Below are positions 1 through 13,170 of a stretch of DNA of 64,000 nt, piece after piece. The notes below the pieces were generated by a model. That model ran no database searches. It was not told where the DNA came from and was given only the letters and a program-made list of their open reading frames with translations. The stretch's first letter is position 1. Every line of letters starts with the position of its first letter. The position numbers and the translations under genes were made by a program. Where the stretch lies: contig NC_042999.1 in assembly GCF_006345805.1 (NCBI RefSeq), forward strand, positions 152,768,001 through 152,832,000, in the 5' to 3' direction. The DNA comes from Octopus sinensis (Eukaryota).

Positions 1-1235
1 ATATATGTACACATCTAACACGACCGATTTCGATATTGTTACTTTCGTTTATCAAATTCTATCTCGACTAGAAACCATGCTCGAAAGCACTTATCCAAAG
101 TGCAGCGTGAAGGATTCGAACCGAGAACCTCTTAGCTGCGCAGTTATTTTCTGCGTTCATAGCACGGCCATAGATATACTGCGAACCGCAGCATTTGCCA
201 AACAACTTCAATCCATTTAGAGCTGTATGAAGTTGGGTATTGTCTGATAAGTGGCACCACCACAGAAACAATATATTAGTTTTAATAGGATACGAACCGA
301 TGACCTCTCGATTTCTTTTTTTACTGGTTGACCGAACCTTCTTGGCCATCGACATTTCCGGCCTCTCTGTCTCGTCGAAAGCAATCGATAAATTTACTTG
401 CTCACTGAACGTTCAATGCTGCTTAGCTCCTACTTTGAATGTGAGCACGATGCATGTATATTCACGATATTGAAGATGCTATAGATGGTATCGTTAAACT
501 AGTTAAAAACATCGACGTGGTGTTCGGCTACTTAAGACAATGAGGTTGAAGTCACTTATTGGAAGCTCTTCTGGCTTGTTGAGTAATTACAGAGGAAGCG
601 GCGAGAATTTTGCGCCCACAGTGATAGTTATTGATGCAGCAAAATCAAGTGTCATGCAGCTATTTATCAACTTTATTAGAAGCGGCAATTACATTTATTA
701 GCTGCCATACTTGAATTTTAATTACGACGAAACCAAGCAAAAACTATTTAATCCATAATACAGCAGTTAACAAATATAGAAGTTTTGCAAATTCAAATTT
801 GCGAGTCTAATTTTTGTTTTGAGCTGTAGTGAAGATTTTGGGTAGTATTAGATTCCGATAAAATGGGTTATGTGCATCGGAGTTGTTCATCCTTTTCCAA
901 AAGCTGTGTGTATATGTGAACCAGAATTATAAGTCGTTTTACAGTTTTACTAATATGGCAGTATCATGTGATTATGGTATAGTAAACAACAGTACTATAG
1001 TCCGATGGAGAAGAAACATGGTGGTGGAGGGTGGAGGAAGGATACAGTGGATTATAACCTATATGTACTTTATTTCATCGACCCCGGATATATGAAAGAA
1101 AATCAACACTGCTGTCATTTGAACTAAGAAGGCACATGTACGTACTTAAATAACCGTAAAACAGCACTCTGTCGCTTCTATTGTCCAGAATTCTACAATA
1201 GTGATGATGATGATGAAAACAACAACAACAACAAC

Positions 1236-1298
<63 letters not shown>

Positions 1299-1311
1299 AA
1301 TATAATAATAA

Positions 1312-1870
1312 CCCTGATGCAGTACCAGGCAGTGACTCTCATGGTTTCTGATCTTAACTGACTGGAAGTGTTATCCTGTACATTGTTTTGTCTTGGTATA
1401 AAAGATGGGCTACAGCAAATATTCTGTTCAATACCACAGATTTGCTTGTCAGTTGTTTCACCATAACCAGTTGAGCATGTCCTTTGGTGTCTAACAATAT
1501 GTGCATCTCTGATCAAGAGCAGAAGTAGTGGGGGAGAATCATGGGTATGTATTGAGAGGAATTCTTTGAGGTTAGAATAATTCACTTCTGGAAACATGGG
1601 TCTTTCGTTCAAAATCCTTAAACAACCCTTATTCAGGGACCTTTTGAGTGGGATGGGTTATTCAACATGAAGAAAATTCGAACTGGGTCCCACCTGCAAG
1701 ATCATGTACTGTTTATCTTGATATGAGATCACTATGTCGTGCACTTATGGTTGTGACGCAGGTGCCTGGTGTACCCTTATCAGACGGGTAGTCATGATGG
1801 TTGTATTGGGTTTCGTATAGTTGTACCCCAGTGTCACTTTGATGGCATGTGCTGCCCTCTCACTCAATGG
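1312..1870. mobile_element. ~560-bp interspersed repeat embedded in (AAT)n, probably a non-autonomous retroelement or 3' UTR remnant
   Basis: Non-microsatellite block with (AAT)n on both sides (about 1236-1311 and 1873-1885). The 139-aa ORF on the minus strand has no recognisable motif. Family not identified. Confidence 0.35.
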
Positions 1871-2442
1871 TAATAATAATAATAATTTTAGGACAATACC
1901 TTGAGTTTTAGGCGGTATATCGGTAAGTCAATTACATTGACCCAAGTATTTGACTGATACCTCATTTTCTCGATTGTGAAAGGTTAAAAGGCAAAGTTAT
2001 CCTCGGCGAGAAAGTAAAGAAATGCCGTACACAATTTGGTCCGACACGTTAGCATTTCTGTCAAATCATTGATTTAATGGGCTCAGTTTCTGACACAAGG
2101 CCAAGAGTTTTGAGATGAGGGATCAGTCGATACGATAGACCCCAGTAGCACACTGATGATATCTTATCTTATTTATCCCGGAGGGATGAAAGATAAAGTT
2201 GTCGCCAACTGGATTTGAACATAGCCGGAACAAATCGTGTAAAGAATTTTTTGTCGGCGCTCTAAAATTCTGCCACTCCATAATTATATGAATATATATA
2301 TATAATAAAATAGGGCAATAAAAAATAAATTATTATTACCAGTGACCTTGCACAAACTGTTAGAAGCACATGTAGACCTAACGGTTTGATATACATACAT
2401 AACTGGGAGTGATGCATATATACTTGGAGTGATGCAATCACC

Positions 2443-2479
<37 letters not shown>

Positions 2480-3552
2480 GTGTGTGTGTGTGTGTGTGTG
2501 TATGTGTGTGTATGTATGTATGCATGTATGTATGTATCTATCTATAATATATAATAAGAGAACGATATATATATGTATATATTTACGTATATACACTCAA
2601 ACACACTGGCACACACACACCACACACACACACATGCTCACGCAGACATACAAACACACAAACATACGCACACACGTATGTGAAAATTTGCATACACAAG
2701 ATTTAACTGCAAAAATGCAAACTTAAAAGTTTCATGCTTCTAATAATACAATAATCGGACAAGTTTGGATAGCGTACCGAGTACTATCTTTGAATCATTC
2801 AGGCTCAAAACACATGGTTGTTCTGTGAGAAAATGAAAGAAAGAACGAGAAAGAACGACAGGAAAGACGTAAATGAAAATAGATGTTTACGTGCTCGCAT
2901 GCGTGGGCCTGTCAGGTTACTTGAGAGGTCTCTCATGTAAGCTACTGGTAATATGGACTTTAGTACAACCTGTTGCACGGTCGAGTCGACGGCGACTAAA
3001 CCGGCAACCTAACCAGGTTAGCCTGTCGAAGAGGGTTGTTATCAACTCAGTAGGACTAAAACCAGTTCTTGTAAAAAGGACGGATGAACTTAATATAACA
3101 TGGGCTCTCAGAAATTCCTGGTTGGTGTCTGGTGTGCTGGAAGGCCACTGTGAGTGATGCAGGCACCAGTTATTATTAAAGTATGTCTCTGGGAAATGGT
3201 CTCTCTCATATAAAACCGGATATGCAGGGAATGACATTGGATATTTTGGGGACGTTTTTCTTGCGCTTTAGATCTTGGTACTCCCAAATTCCTGAGTCGG
3301 CGACTCATATTGGCACCGGATATCTTTCCTCGGTTTGTCTCCAGATCATCTTAATATGGTGAGTAGATGGTCTATAATGTGTTATGCAAAACTTAGTGGA
3401 TCTCAAATTTTGTACAAGAATTGCATTTTCAGGGAGAGTCATACTCATCTACGGGTTGATAGCCATCATGTGCGCGCTCGCGCGCGCGCGCGTGTGTGTG
3501 TGTTTCTATCTGCGTGTGTAAGTATGAGTGTGTGTTTGTGAGTATGTATCTA

Positions 3553-3840
3553 TTTTACTCTTTTGCTTGTTTCAGTCACCCGACTGCAGCCGTACTGGAG
3601 CACCGCCTTTAGTCGAGCAAATCGACCCCAGGACTTATTCTGTGTAAGCCTAGTACTTATTCTATCGGTCTCTTTTGCCGAACCACTAAGTTACGGGGAC
3701 GTAGGCACACCAGCGTCGGTTGTTAAGCGATGTGGGGCGGGGAAACACAGACACACATACATATACACATACATACAATATATATATATATATATATATA
3801 CATATATACGACGGGCTTCTTCAGTTTCCGTCTACCAAAT
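3553..3840 (-). mobile_element. tRNA-derived SINE, OK-like family, partial
   Basis: Matches the reverse complement of the full copy at 56139-56555 (CAGCCGTACTGGAGCACCGCCTTTAGTCGAGCAAATCGACCCCAGG...TCAGTTTCCGTCTACCAAAT). Confidence 0.85.
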
Positions 3841-4961
3841 ACAAAGAATAAGTCTGGGGTCCATTTGCTCGACTAAAGGCGGTGCTCCAGCATGGCCACA
3901 GTCACATGACTGAAAACAAGTATATATATATACTTACATATATGTATGCATACTTGTGTGTATGTCTGTAAACAGGGTAGTCACGGCTAGAGCGTATTCT
4001 ATCCTAAGTCTGCACAATTAAAGCTGACCTAAGTTAAACCACCATCACCGTCACCCAACCCCATCACCACCACCCCCCGCCCCCACCATCGCCTTTAACA
4101 CGGCTACCACAGCAACCAGCACAATAACAAACCCTATCGCCATCGCTAATAACACCTTCACATCCAATTAACGTTTCACCGAAGCCCTTGATACTTCTTT
4201 CATCTTGGCCGTATTTTACACTTTCCGGCAGTGTTTCCCCCTCTACAAGGACAAACCATGGTGTGACTATTCTATGTTTAATTCATCAGCTATGGACAAC
4301 TTTATAGAAGGCATTTCTCTTTAGATTTCTTACTCTAAGTAGCTGTTTATATTAGAGTTGGTGTCATGAATAATTTAATAGTGAAAAGCAAGTGTGTGTG
4401 TACCATAATTCATGGTAATATCGGTCCTTTTGAGGATGGAGTGGGTGAAGAGAAAGGCGAGGGCCCTGGGTTAAAAACAACAATAACAAAAGCAATAATA
4501 ACAAAAACAATAACAAAAACTGTAACAACAAGAAAAATGCTGCCAGCGATTCTTTGTATTCTCTTAGCAAAACAATTAATTTTAGTAGACTGGAATATAT
4601 ATTGATCAAACTGACAAATATTTGTATTAGTAGATGCTGGGAATGTTACCTGTGAAATAACTAGCAATCAGAAGCGAAGAGAAGTTGCTGGAAAGAATGA
4701 GGAGTAGAAAGAAGTGGAGGAGGTGTCGCATTATTTACTTAATATAAAGCAACATTCGGACGCATAAACACCAATTGAAGCCATAGACAGACTCAAAGCA
4801 CACATAAACGCACTTACGTTCGCTATCGACGCATCCATATAAATACAAATATTATTTAATACGCACACACGCAGACAGACATACATACATGCTAATATAC
4901 GTACTTATATACATACCTACATACATTTACCTATACACAGGCACATACTACATATATACAT

Positions 4962-5006
<45 letters not shown>

Positions 5007-5042
5007 CATGTGTATATATTTATGTATAACTATATATTTATA

Positions 5043-5245
5043 TACTCTTTTACTTGTTTCAGTCATTTGACTGCGGCCATGCTGGAGCATCGCCTTAATC
5101 GAGCAAATCGACTCCAGGATTTATTCTTTGGAAGTCTAGTACTTATTCTATCGGTATCTTTTGCCGAACTGCTAATGTTACGGGGACGTAAACACACCAG
5201 CATCGGTTGTCTAGCGATGTTGATGGGGGACAAGCAGACACACAA

Positions 5246-5278
<33 letters not shown>

Positions 5279-5449
5279 CATACATATATACGACGGGCTT
5301 CTTACAGATTCCGTCTACCAAATCCACTCACAAGGCTTTGATCAGCCCAAGACTATAGTAGAAGACACTTGCTCAAGGTGCTACGCAGTGGGACTGAACC
5401 CGGAACCATGTGGTTGAGAAGCAAACTTCTTTTCCAGACAGCCACGCCT
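5043..5449 (-). mobile_element. tRNA-derived SINE, OK-like family, full length
   Basis: tRNA-like head at about 5380-5449, internal (CA)n/(TA)n tract, AAAAGAGT tail; collinear with 56139-56555. Confidence 0.9.
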
Positions 5450-6721
5450 GGAAAAAAAAACAAATTACAAGGTGCCTCTGAGCTAAACAAAACGATATCG
5501 TCTCGGAAATGACTGTAGAAGTGAACGACAAATGGGCATTTCGTCGTTGTTGCGGCCTGTCAGTTTCAGGTGATCGTAGAATCGGTCACTCTGAAGTGTA
5601 TAGAGGTAGCGTATAAACAATACATACATGCGTATCGACACTACCTAGGCAGAATAAAATTTGAAATATTCAATAGAAACAGCTGTAGAGTAATATCTTT
5701 ATTGTTATGGTTTAACGTAAATGTATCATTCACAGGATGCAGTTATACACACATACGCACACATGAAAACGTACACAGACATACACACGCATGCACGCGA
5801 ATACACACACACACATACACATATGTGACGATGTGTGGTGGTTTAATGGTTAGGCTGTTTTGTTTACGATGCTAGATTGTGGGTTCCATTCGCAGACTGG
5901 GCAATGTGCCATGTTCTTGTGCAAAACACTTCATTTCACGCTGCTCCAACTCACTTTTCGATCTGTGGGGGAATGCTAGCGAACTCGCCTTGCCAGTAGG
6001 ATGGCATCATTCGAAGACTAAGATTATATAAAGCGTATCGTGACCACACACACACACACATGAAAAAGCAGAAATGAGCCAAGACAAATAACTCTGAGTG
6101 ACCATCCTGAGTTACTTCTCGTAGCTCATTTTTGTTGAAATCATGCAAATTATCTTGTCTTTATATGTTTTCTACACCATTTTGTCACCTGCTTAATGAC
6201 GATAAGATCGGATAACTGTCGTGCGGATGACGGTTATTGAGTCAGAAACACAAGTCCACGACTATCTTCTTATCTCCAGAGAATAAAGCAGTCCTTTATT
6301 TTAATGACATGTTTTAAGGAAATTGTCAACTCTTGAATTTCTCTTCCTTTCTAATATAGAGCTGGTCTTAATAGCCATTTGGTAATTTTGATATGTCTTC
6401 TAGAGGCAGAGATAATTCTAATAAATCAGGAATTTACGTTGTGTGCCATTTGATATTCCTGTATTTGTATGTATGTACGTATGTATACATGTATGCACGT
6501 ATGTATGTCTGTGTGTATGTATGTGTGTGTATACATCTATCTATCAATCTCTATATATACACATACATATACACATAATACAAACTTGCCTATATGCGTA
6601 TATATATGCACACGAACACACACAAATATGCGCGTGCATTTTTATATATATATATATATATACACACACACCACACACACACACACACACCACATAATAT
6701 ATATATTATTATATATATAAA

Positions 6722-7934
6722 AAGGGGTTGGACAAAATAATGGAAACACCTAGCATCATAGCATTGTAATTTTGAAATATCTATAAAACCGTCAAAAGCT
6801 TGTTTGTTTTTATATTTTTTTGAATTATTATTTGTGTTGCTTAATGTTTTGCTAAAATTGGTATTTCTTTTCAGATATCATCAGAAAAAGGTAATCAAAA
6901 TTTATTAAAATGACAGATCTGTCGAACTTTCAAAGAGGTCAAATTGTTGGTGTTCGTATGGCAGGCACTAGCATAATGAAAACAGCCGAAATGTTTGGTG
7001 CATCAAGAAGTACTGTCTCGAAAGTAATGACAGCCTTTGAGAAAGAGAGAAAAACCTCCTCGTCGAAACAAAGCTCCGGAAAAAACCCAAAACTTTCAGA
7101 AAGGGAGCGTCAAACTCTTACAAAAAATTGTTAGAAAGGATCACAAACGTCTGTTCGCCGGGAGCTGCACAAAGTCGGATTTCACAGAAGGGCTGAGATC
7201 AGAAAACCACAATTTTCAAAAACAAACGTTGCAAAGAGTTTAGAGTGGAGTAAAACCCTACAGAATTGGTCCCTAGGGCAGTGGAAGAATGTTATTTCCT
7301 CGGAAGAATCATCCCTTACCTTATTTCCGATCACCGGCCGAGTTTACGTGTGGAGAATTCCCAAAAGAAGCATTTGACCCAGACTGCCCTCTTCCAACTG
7401 TTAAATATGGAGGAGGATCTGTGATGATTTGGTGGGCTACAGCTTGGAAATCTACCGGCCCAATGGTTTTCCTTCACGGCAGAATTAATAGTCAAGACTC
7501 TTTAAGCATTTTATCTGATCAAATTCATCCTATGTTTGAGTAACTGCTTCCGGAGGGAAAAGCAATCTTTCAGGATGATAATGCACCAATTCACACAGCT
7601 AAAATTGTTACTGAATGGCACGAGGAACATTCTAGTGAAGTTGAACTTCTTATCTGGCCGCCATAGTCCCCAGATCTTAATATTATTGAACATTTATGGT
7701 ACATCTTAGAAAAACAAGTAAGGAGTCGATATCCTCCACCATCATCGCTACAAGAACTGGAGGCTGTTTTAGCTGAAGAATGGACAAAAATTTCTTTGGA
7801 AACAATTCAAAGTTTGGACGAGTCTACAACTCGTAGAATTCAAGCAGTAATTACTGCCAAAGGCGGACCTACGCCATATTAAAGTAAATTTGTTTGAAGT
7901 TTTAAGGTGTTTCCATTATTTTGTCCAACCCTTG
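6722..7934 (+). mobile_element. Tc1-superfamily DNA transposon, DD36E (Incomer-like), full length 1213 bp, decayed
   Basis: 30-bp TIRs at 6722-6751 and 7905-7934 (28/30 identical, GGGTTGGACAAAATAATGGAAACACCT); TA at 7935-7936; transposase remnants span the interior. Confidence 0.93.
6910..7882 (+). pseudogene. Tc1-like transposase pseudogene (DD36E)
   Basis: HTH N-terminus MTDLSNFQRGQIVG, then WKNVISSEES (first catalytic D reads E at 7303-7305), TVKYGGGSVMIW and FQDDNAPIH...WPP*SPDLNIIE. D codon 7577-7579 to E codon 7688-7690 gives 36 intervening codons. Ends KGGPTPY*. Frameshifts plus stops at 7541 and 7664. Confidence 0.92.
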
Positions 7935-7948
7935 TATACATACATACA

Positions 7949-7980
<32 letters not shown>

Positions 7981-8031
7981 CATACATACATACAAACACA
8001 CACACATATATATATACATACATATATATAT

Positions 8032-8244
8032 GGTAGAAACGTTAGCACGCCGGGCGAAATTCGTAGCCGTATTTCGTCTGTCGTTACGTTCCGAGTTCAA
8101 ATTCCGCCGAGGTCGACTTTACTTTCATCCTTTCGGGTCGATAAATTAAGTACCAGTTACGCACTGGGGTCGATGTAGTCGACTTAATCCGTTGGTCTGT
8201 CCTTGTTTGTCCCCTCTGTGTTTAGCCCTTGTGGGTAGTAAAGA

Positions 8245-8247
<3 letters not shown>
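8032..8247 (+). mobile_element. tRNA-derived SINE, OR2-like family
   Basis: GCACGCCGGGCGAAAT...GAGTTCAAATTCCGCCGAGGTCGAC...GGGTAGTAAAGAATA; same family as 44784-45013. Confidence 0.88.
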
Positions 8248-8276
<29 letters not shown>

Positions 8277-8280
8277 TATA

Positions 8281-8360
<80 letters not shown>

Positions 8361-8435
8361 TCAGTAAACAATAGGGTGAAATTAATTAATGGTTATCAGT
8401 AACAAATATGTAAATGACCACAGCATCTTGTAATT

Positions 8436-8484
<49 letters not shown>

Positions 8485-8487
<3 letters not shown>

Positions 8488-8728
8488 ATACAATGGTTAC
8501 ATTACTCGGTAGTCAAGATAAAACTCTGAGTTCAGATGCCGAAGTGGAAATCCACAACACCATCTCTTCGGTTATCTGGCTATTTGAAAACGTTATGAAA
8601 AAATACCCTGAAACTCAGAGTTTTATCTTGACTACCGAGTAATGTAACATATTGTATAGATAAATTTCCTCTATTTACATAATATTGAGGTCTCTTTCTT
8701 TCTTTTGTTATCTTACCGTTTTATCAAT

Positions 8729-8729
<1 letters not shown>
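8485..8729. mobile_element. Mini fold-back remnant of the Penelope-like pLTR (same family as 38308-42132)
   Basis: 8485-8607 matches the minus-strand pLTR (38308-38430), joined at about 8607/8608 to the plus-strand pLTR end (as 42011-42132). (TA)n on both sides. Confidence 0.9.
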
Positions 8730-8760
<31 letters not shown>

Positions 8761-9155
8761 CATACACACCCACACACACATATATATATAAACACACACA
8801 CACACAAACATATAAATATGTGTACATATATATCATATACGAAATATGATATTAGCTCTCTGGGAGAATGTAAATACATAATGTATAGCAGGGAGTCTAA
8901 CCACTTCTAAAATTAGTTAAGAATGGGTGAGTACTGGCTGCAGTTACAGCAAAGTGACTTGAAACTAATAAACAGAAAATATAACTTGACGAGAGAGAAT
9001 CATTAACTGATATTTATACATGTAGTGTGAATTTGCGTCAAGTATTCGTGTTAATACACACATGTACAGAGTCATAGATACGGATGGTTATGAATACCTT
9101 TACACAGAGACATGCTAATATATACATTTGTGTGTGTATATATATCTTATATATC

Positions 9156-9190
<35 letters not shown>

Positions 9191-9197
9191 TATATTA

Positions 9198-9228
<31 letters not shown>

Positions 9229-9264
9229 ATATATAAATATAGACCTCTGGCCGAAATCAGATCG

Positions 9265-9470
9265 CCATGTTGATTCGTTAGCTACTGCACGCATTTTTTT
9301 TCTCTCCTTCTTTCTGTGTTTTTCTCTCTCTGTGTATCTTTCTGTTGAAGAGCGTAGGCTCGAAACGTTAAAGACTTGTTTTATTTATATTTCCTGAGCG
9401 CCATACTAATACAATTGTTCGTTGTTTCCACCTGCCTTCGTCTTTTGTTTAATTTCATAAAGCTTCCGTT
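9265..9470 (+). mobile_element. Short interspersed repeat with a minimal hammerhead relic (GAGC-GTAG-GCTC-GAAACGT family)
   Basis: Motif at 9337-9374: TCTTT CTGTTGA A GAGC GTAG GCTC GAAACGT T AAAGA. Related copies at 12091, 23594, 47919 and 51884. Confidence 0.7.
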
Positions 9471-9475
9471 ATATA

Positions 9476-9534
<59 letters not shown>

Positions 9535-10020
9535 ATATATATATGAGGAGAGAGAGAGAGAGAGAGAGAGAAAGCGTAAGACAAGGTATATTAGAATATA
9601 TGTATTCGCTATTATACATGTATACACACACATATATGAATATATATGTATGCATGGGAATAAATGAGAATATATGAGTGTTTATTTTCACACTCGCACA
9701 ATCAAACCCTCCCTCTCTCTCTCTTTCTGTATATATTTGTATGTGAGTGTATGTGAGCGTCCGTGTATGCATCTATGAGCGGGTAATATGTGGGTGTGTG
9801 TGTGTATGTGTGCTGGTGTAACGAATAATAGGCATACGCATTTGACATATAGGCATATATATATATATATATCTTCATATATATATGTTTATATATATAT
9901 ATATATACATATACGTATAAATGCATATATATATGGTGTATATTATATATATATATATATAATATATACAAATACATATATATATGTATATACATGTACA
10001 CATATACATATATATGTATG

Positions 10021-10062
<42 letters not shown>

Positions 10063-10825
10063 GCATACACACTACCGCATACACATACACACATCGTCCC
10101 CCCCCATGCACACACACACACACGTATACACACGTACACACCGTACACGGACACACATAACATACACGTTCTCGCATTCACATTATTCAAAGACGCAATG
10201 CCCGCGCTTATGAATAACAGACTCCAGAATTTTCATAACTCTGATGACAGCTCTATAACATCTGAGTGACAATGTTATTCGTTGGTGTTGATTTGTGAAC
10301 TAGCTTGATGCCGATGACAGGTAGAAAGCCATAACGCATAACAAGCAACATAGTTTGTTGTTTTCACGATGGTGCCAGCAAAACACTGTTTGGTAATGAT
10401 ATTGTAGCAGTGAAAATGCAGTGACTGGTTGGGGTTTGACTAGCAAACTATCATATCATCTCCCAAATGGCGTGTGTTGGTGGGGTCTAGCATTGCTATT
10501 GTTGTTTGCACATCTGTTTGTCTGCTTGCTCCTTCTTCGCTTTTTTTTTGTTTTTGTTCTTGTTTTGTTTTTTTCACTTTCCTCTGCGCAAACGTGACGA
10601 TGTGTTATGTTGATATGTGTGAATGTGTGTCTACAGAGACACAAACTCTCTCTCTCTGTTCTCACACACACACCACACTCACGTGTATATATATATATAT
10701 CTATATATATATATATATAATATATAATAATGTATGTGTTGTGTGTGTCTGTGTGTGTGTATGCGTGTATTCATATATATATATATATGCAGATATATAT
10801 ATATATTATATTTATATATATATGC

Positions 10826-10857
<32 letters not shown>

Positions 10858-10880
10858 GTGTGTGTGTGTGTCTATGTATT

Positions 10881-11057
10881 CTCTTTTACGCTTGTTTCAG
10901 TCATTTGATTGTGGCCATGCTGGAACCCCACCTTTAGTCGAGCAAATCGTCCCGAGGACTTATTCTTTGTAAGCCTAGTATTTATTCTATCGGTCTCTTT
11001 TGCCGAATTACTAAGTTACGGGGACGTAAACACACCGGCATCAGTTGTCAAGCGATG
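10881..11057 (-). mobile_element. OK-like SINE, 3' part
   Basis: CTTGTTTCAGTCATTTGATTGTGGCCATGCTGG...GGGGACGTAAACACACC. Confidence 0.8.
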
Positions 11058-11122
11058 TCAAACACAGACACAAACATACACACACACACACATATATATA
11101 CATTATATATACACACACACAC

Positions 11123-11183
<61 letters not shown>

Positions 11184-11194
11184 TATATAAATAT

Positions 11195-11539
11195 TAGAGA
11201 GTGACCACTATGTGGTTCACTCTAGTGCTCTTTTGGCGGGGAAATTTGAATCATAAACTACGATACAATCGATTAAACCGCACGTGTATTTGACGCTCGC
11301 TCCGACTTAATAAATTGTATTTAAGACAAACTTTGCTGAAGATTATGGATGTTTTTTTGTAAAAATTGCATATACATTAATAATGAAACAATTGTTCAGG
11401 GTAATCTATTTTTTCGTCGTGTTTCACTTATCTTACGTTAAATGTAGTGGTATTTCTTCTCGGAAACAACTTTTAGTGGCTATACCATTAGCGGAGCTAT
11501 TTTTAGCACTAGAGTGAACCACATAGTGGTCACTCTCTA
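11195..11539. mobile_element. MITE with perfect TIRs, Academ-like termini (TAG...CTA)
   Basis: Perfect inverted match 11191-11229 / 11505-11543 (39 bp including flanking ATAT). The TAG/CTA ends with an ATAT 4-bp flank fit Academ as I recall it. The flank is self-complementary, so the TSD call is ambiguous. Confidence 0.75.
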
Positions 11540-11753
11540 ATATCGTATAAATTTGTATTTTTCCCTTGGTTTTTTTGGCTAAGCACTTGGTGTTAATTGA
11601 TGGTATTATTAAATTAATATCAAATTGTTCACCCTCATTTATAAATAAATAAATATATATATATATATATGTTCATATGTGTATAGATACATGTATATAC
11701 ATATGTATATATACATACATATACGCATATGCACATGTATACATACATATATA

Positions 11754-11983
11754 CTTTATTAAAAGCAGCAGAAATATCCCAAAAACTGTTACTCAGAGTT
11801 TCACACTCCCGTTCGTCGGACAGTTTTGTTAGTCTAACAAAACTGTCCGACGACCGGGAACGTGAAATTCTAAGTAGCAGCTTTTGTGATATTGCTGCTG
11901 CTTTTAATAAAGCATTTTACTCTACCTCTGGTATTTGAGTACTCTTTTTTCCACCTTGTTTCACATTTATGTGCTTACTCCGT
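11754..11983. mobile_element. Mini fold-back pLTR-type element with a hammerhead motif in each arm
   Basis: Arms 11754-11830 and 11836-11912 around loop AGTCT. The right arm continues to a T-rich end and (TA)n. The same end sequence occurs on the minus strand at 24660-24796. Confidence 0.85.
11782..11827 (-). ncRNA. Type I hammerhead-like ribozyme with CCGACGA core
   Basis: Minus strand: AAAACTGT CCGACGA ACG GGAG TGT GAA ACTC T GAGT A ACAGTTTT. 8-bp stem I, 3-bp stem II, palindromic stem III, GUA cleavage triplet. Confidence 0.7.
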
Positions 11984-12090
11984 TATATATATAGTGAATC
12001 CAAACGAAGAAGAAACAAGAAAAAAACAATAACGTGAGGACGTGGTACAACTACTATATTTTCAGACGCTCAGGAAAGGAAGGAAAGAGG

Positions 12091-12125
12091 ATTTAACGTT
12101 TCGAGCTAAACTCTTCTTCAGAAAT
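12091..12125 (-). ncRNA. Minimal type I hammerhead-like motif with intact CUGAAGA core
   Basis: Minus strand: ATTT CTGAAGA A GAG TTTAG CTC GAAACGT T AAAT. Palindromic ACGT stem III and an extra A after A9. Confidence 0.6.
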
Positions 12126-12290
12126 AGAGTAAAGTCCAAAGGAAGGGAAGACGGAGGAAGAAAATAGCCCACGATACACACGTGGTTACATTTTGAAATG
12201 ACCAGAAGGGAATGGATGACGGAAAAGTTCTTTCTAAGACAGGAGAGTGCAAGAGGAGATATGTGTATGTGTGGGTATGTGCGTGCGCGC

Positions 12291-12321
<31 letters not shown>

Positions 12322-12449
12322 GAGTGGTCTTTCTCGTTTAATATCGTAGGAAGAATTTACAGTAGGAAATTCATGTATGAGTGGCTGTCTTTTGTGTGTC
12401 TCCCTTTACGTGTGCGTAGGAGAATGGTCAGTAGAAAGGTGTTTAACTG

Positions 12450-13170
12450 GTAGTTTGAAGTATGTGTGTGTGTGCGTTTATGTATATGTTATGTGTGTGT
12501 ATGTGTTTTGTGTGCAGTGCATGCCTGTATCTGTGTGCGTGTGTGTGTGTGTGTGCGTATGTATGTGTGTATGTGTGTAAGTGTGGGGTTGTGTCTGTGG
12601 AGCAATTGTGCGTACTGTGTGCGTGTGCGTGTATGTGCGTGTGTGTGTATATGTCCATGAATGTATAGTTGCGTGCGTGTATGTATGAATGTGTGTTGTG
12701 TGTGTGGAAGGTATATGTGGATTCATTTGCGTGTGCGTATATGTGTGTGTATATATATATGTGTGTGCGTGTGAATGTATGTGTGTGTACATGTGTGTGT
12801 ACATGTGTGTGTATGTGTATGCATGTGTTTTTTGTGCGTGTGCATGTGTGTGCGTGTATGTGTGTGTGTGTATGTGCGTGTGTGTATAAACGAGGGGTTG
12901 TGTGTGGAGGTTTATGTGCGTTTTATTGTGCCTGTATGCGCGTGCGTGTGTGCGTATGTATGTGTATGTGCGTGTGTGCGTATACGAGTGCATGTGTGTA
13001 TGTGTGTGTATGTGGGTGTGTGTACGTGCGTGTGCTTATGTGCGTGTGTGTGTATATGTACGTGTATGTGCGTGTGTGCTTATGTCCATATGCGTGTAAT
13101 TGTGTGCGTGTTTGTTGTGTGTGTGGGAGGTATGTGTGCGTATATGTGCGAGTGTATGTGTGTGCATACA
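12450..13170. repeat. Cryptic (GT/CA)-rich low-complexity tract
   Basis: Mixed GTGT/GTAT/GCGT repeats; the source of the overlapping VC/TH-rich pseudo-ORFs. Confidence 0.9.

Noticed and set aside
68-535. Minus-strand ORF with FLWWCHL, faintly MULE-like
   Set aside because: One weak motif, broken frames, and the element would be cut by the window edge.
2917-3308. Possible very old Tc1/mariner remnant (QWPSSTPDTNQEFL resembling WPPxSPDLN)
   Set aside because: Similarity is too weak, there is no clear catalytic spacing and no TIRs were found.
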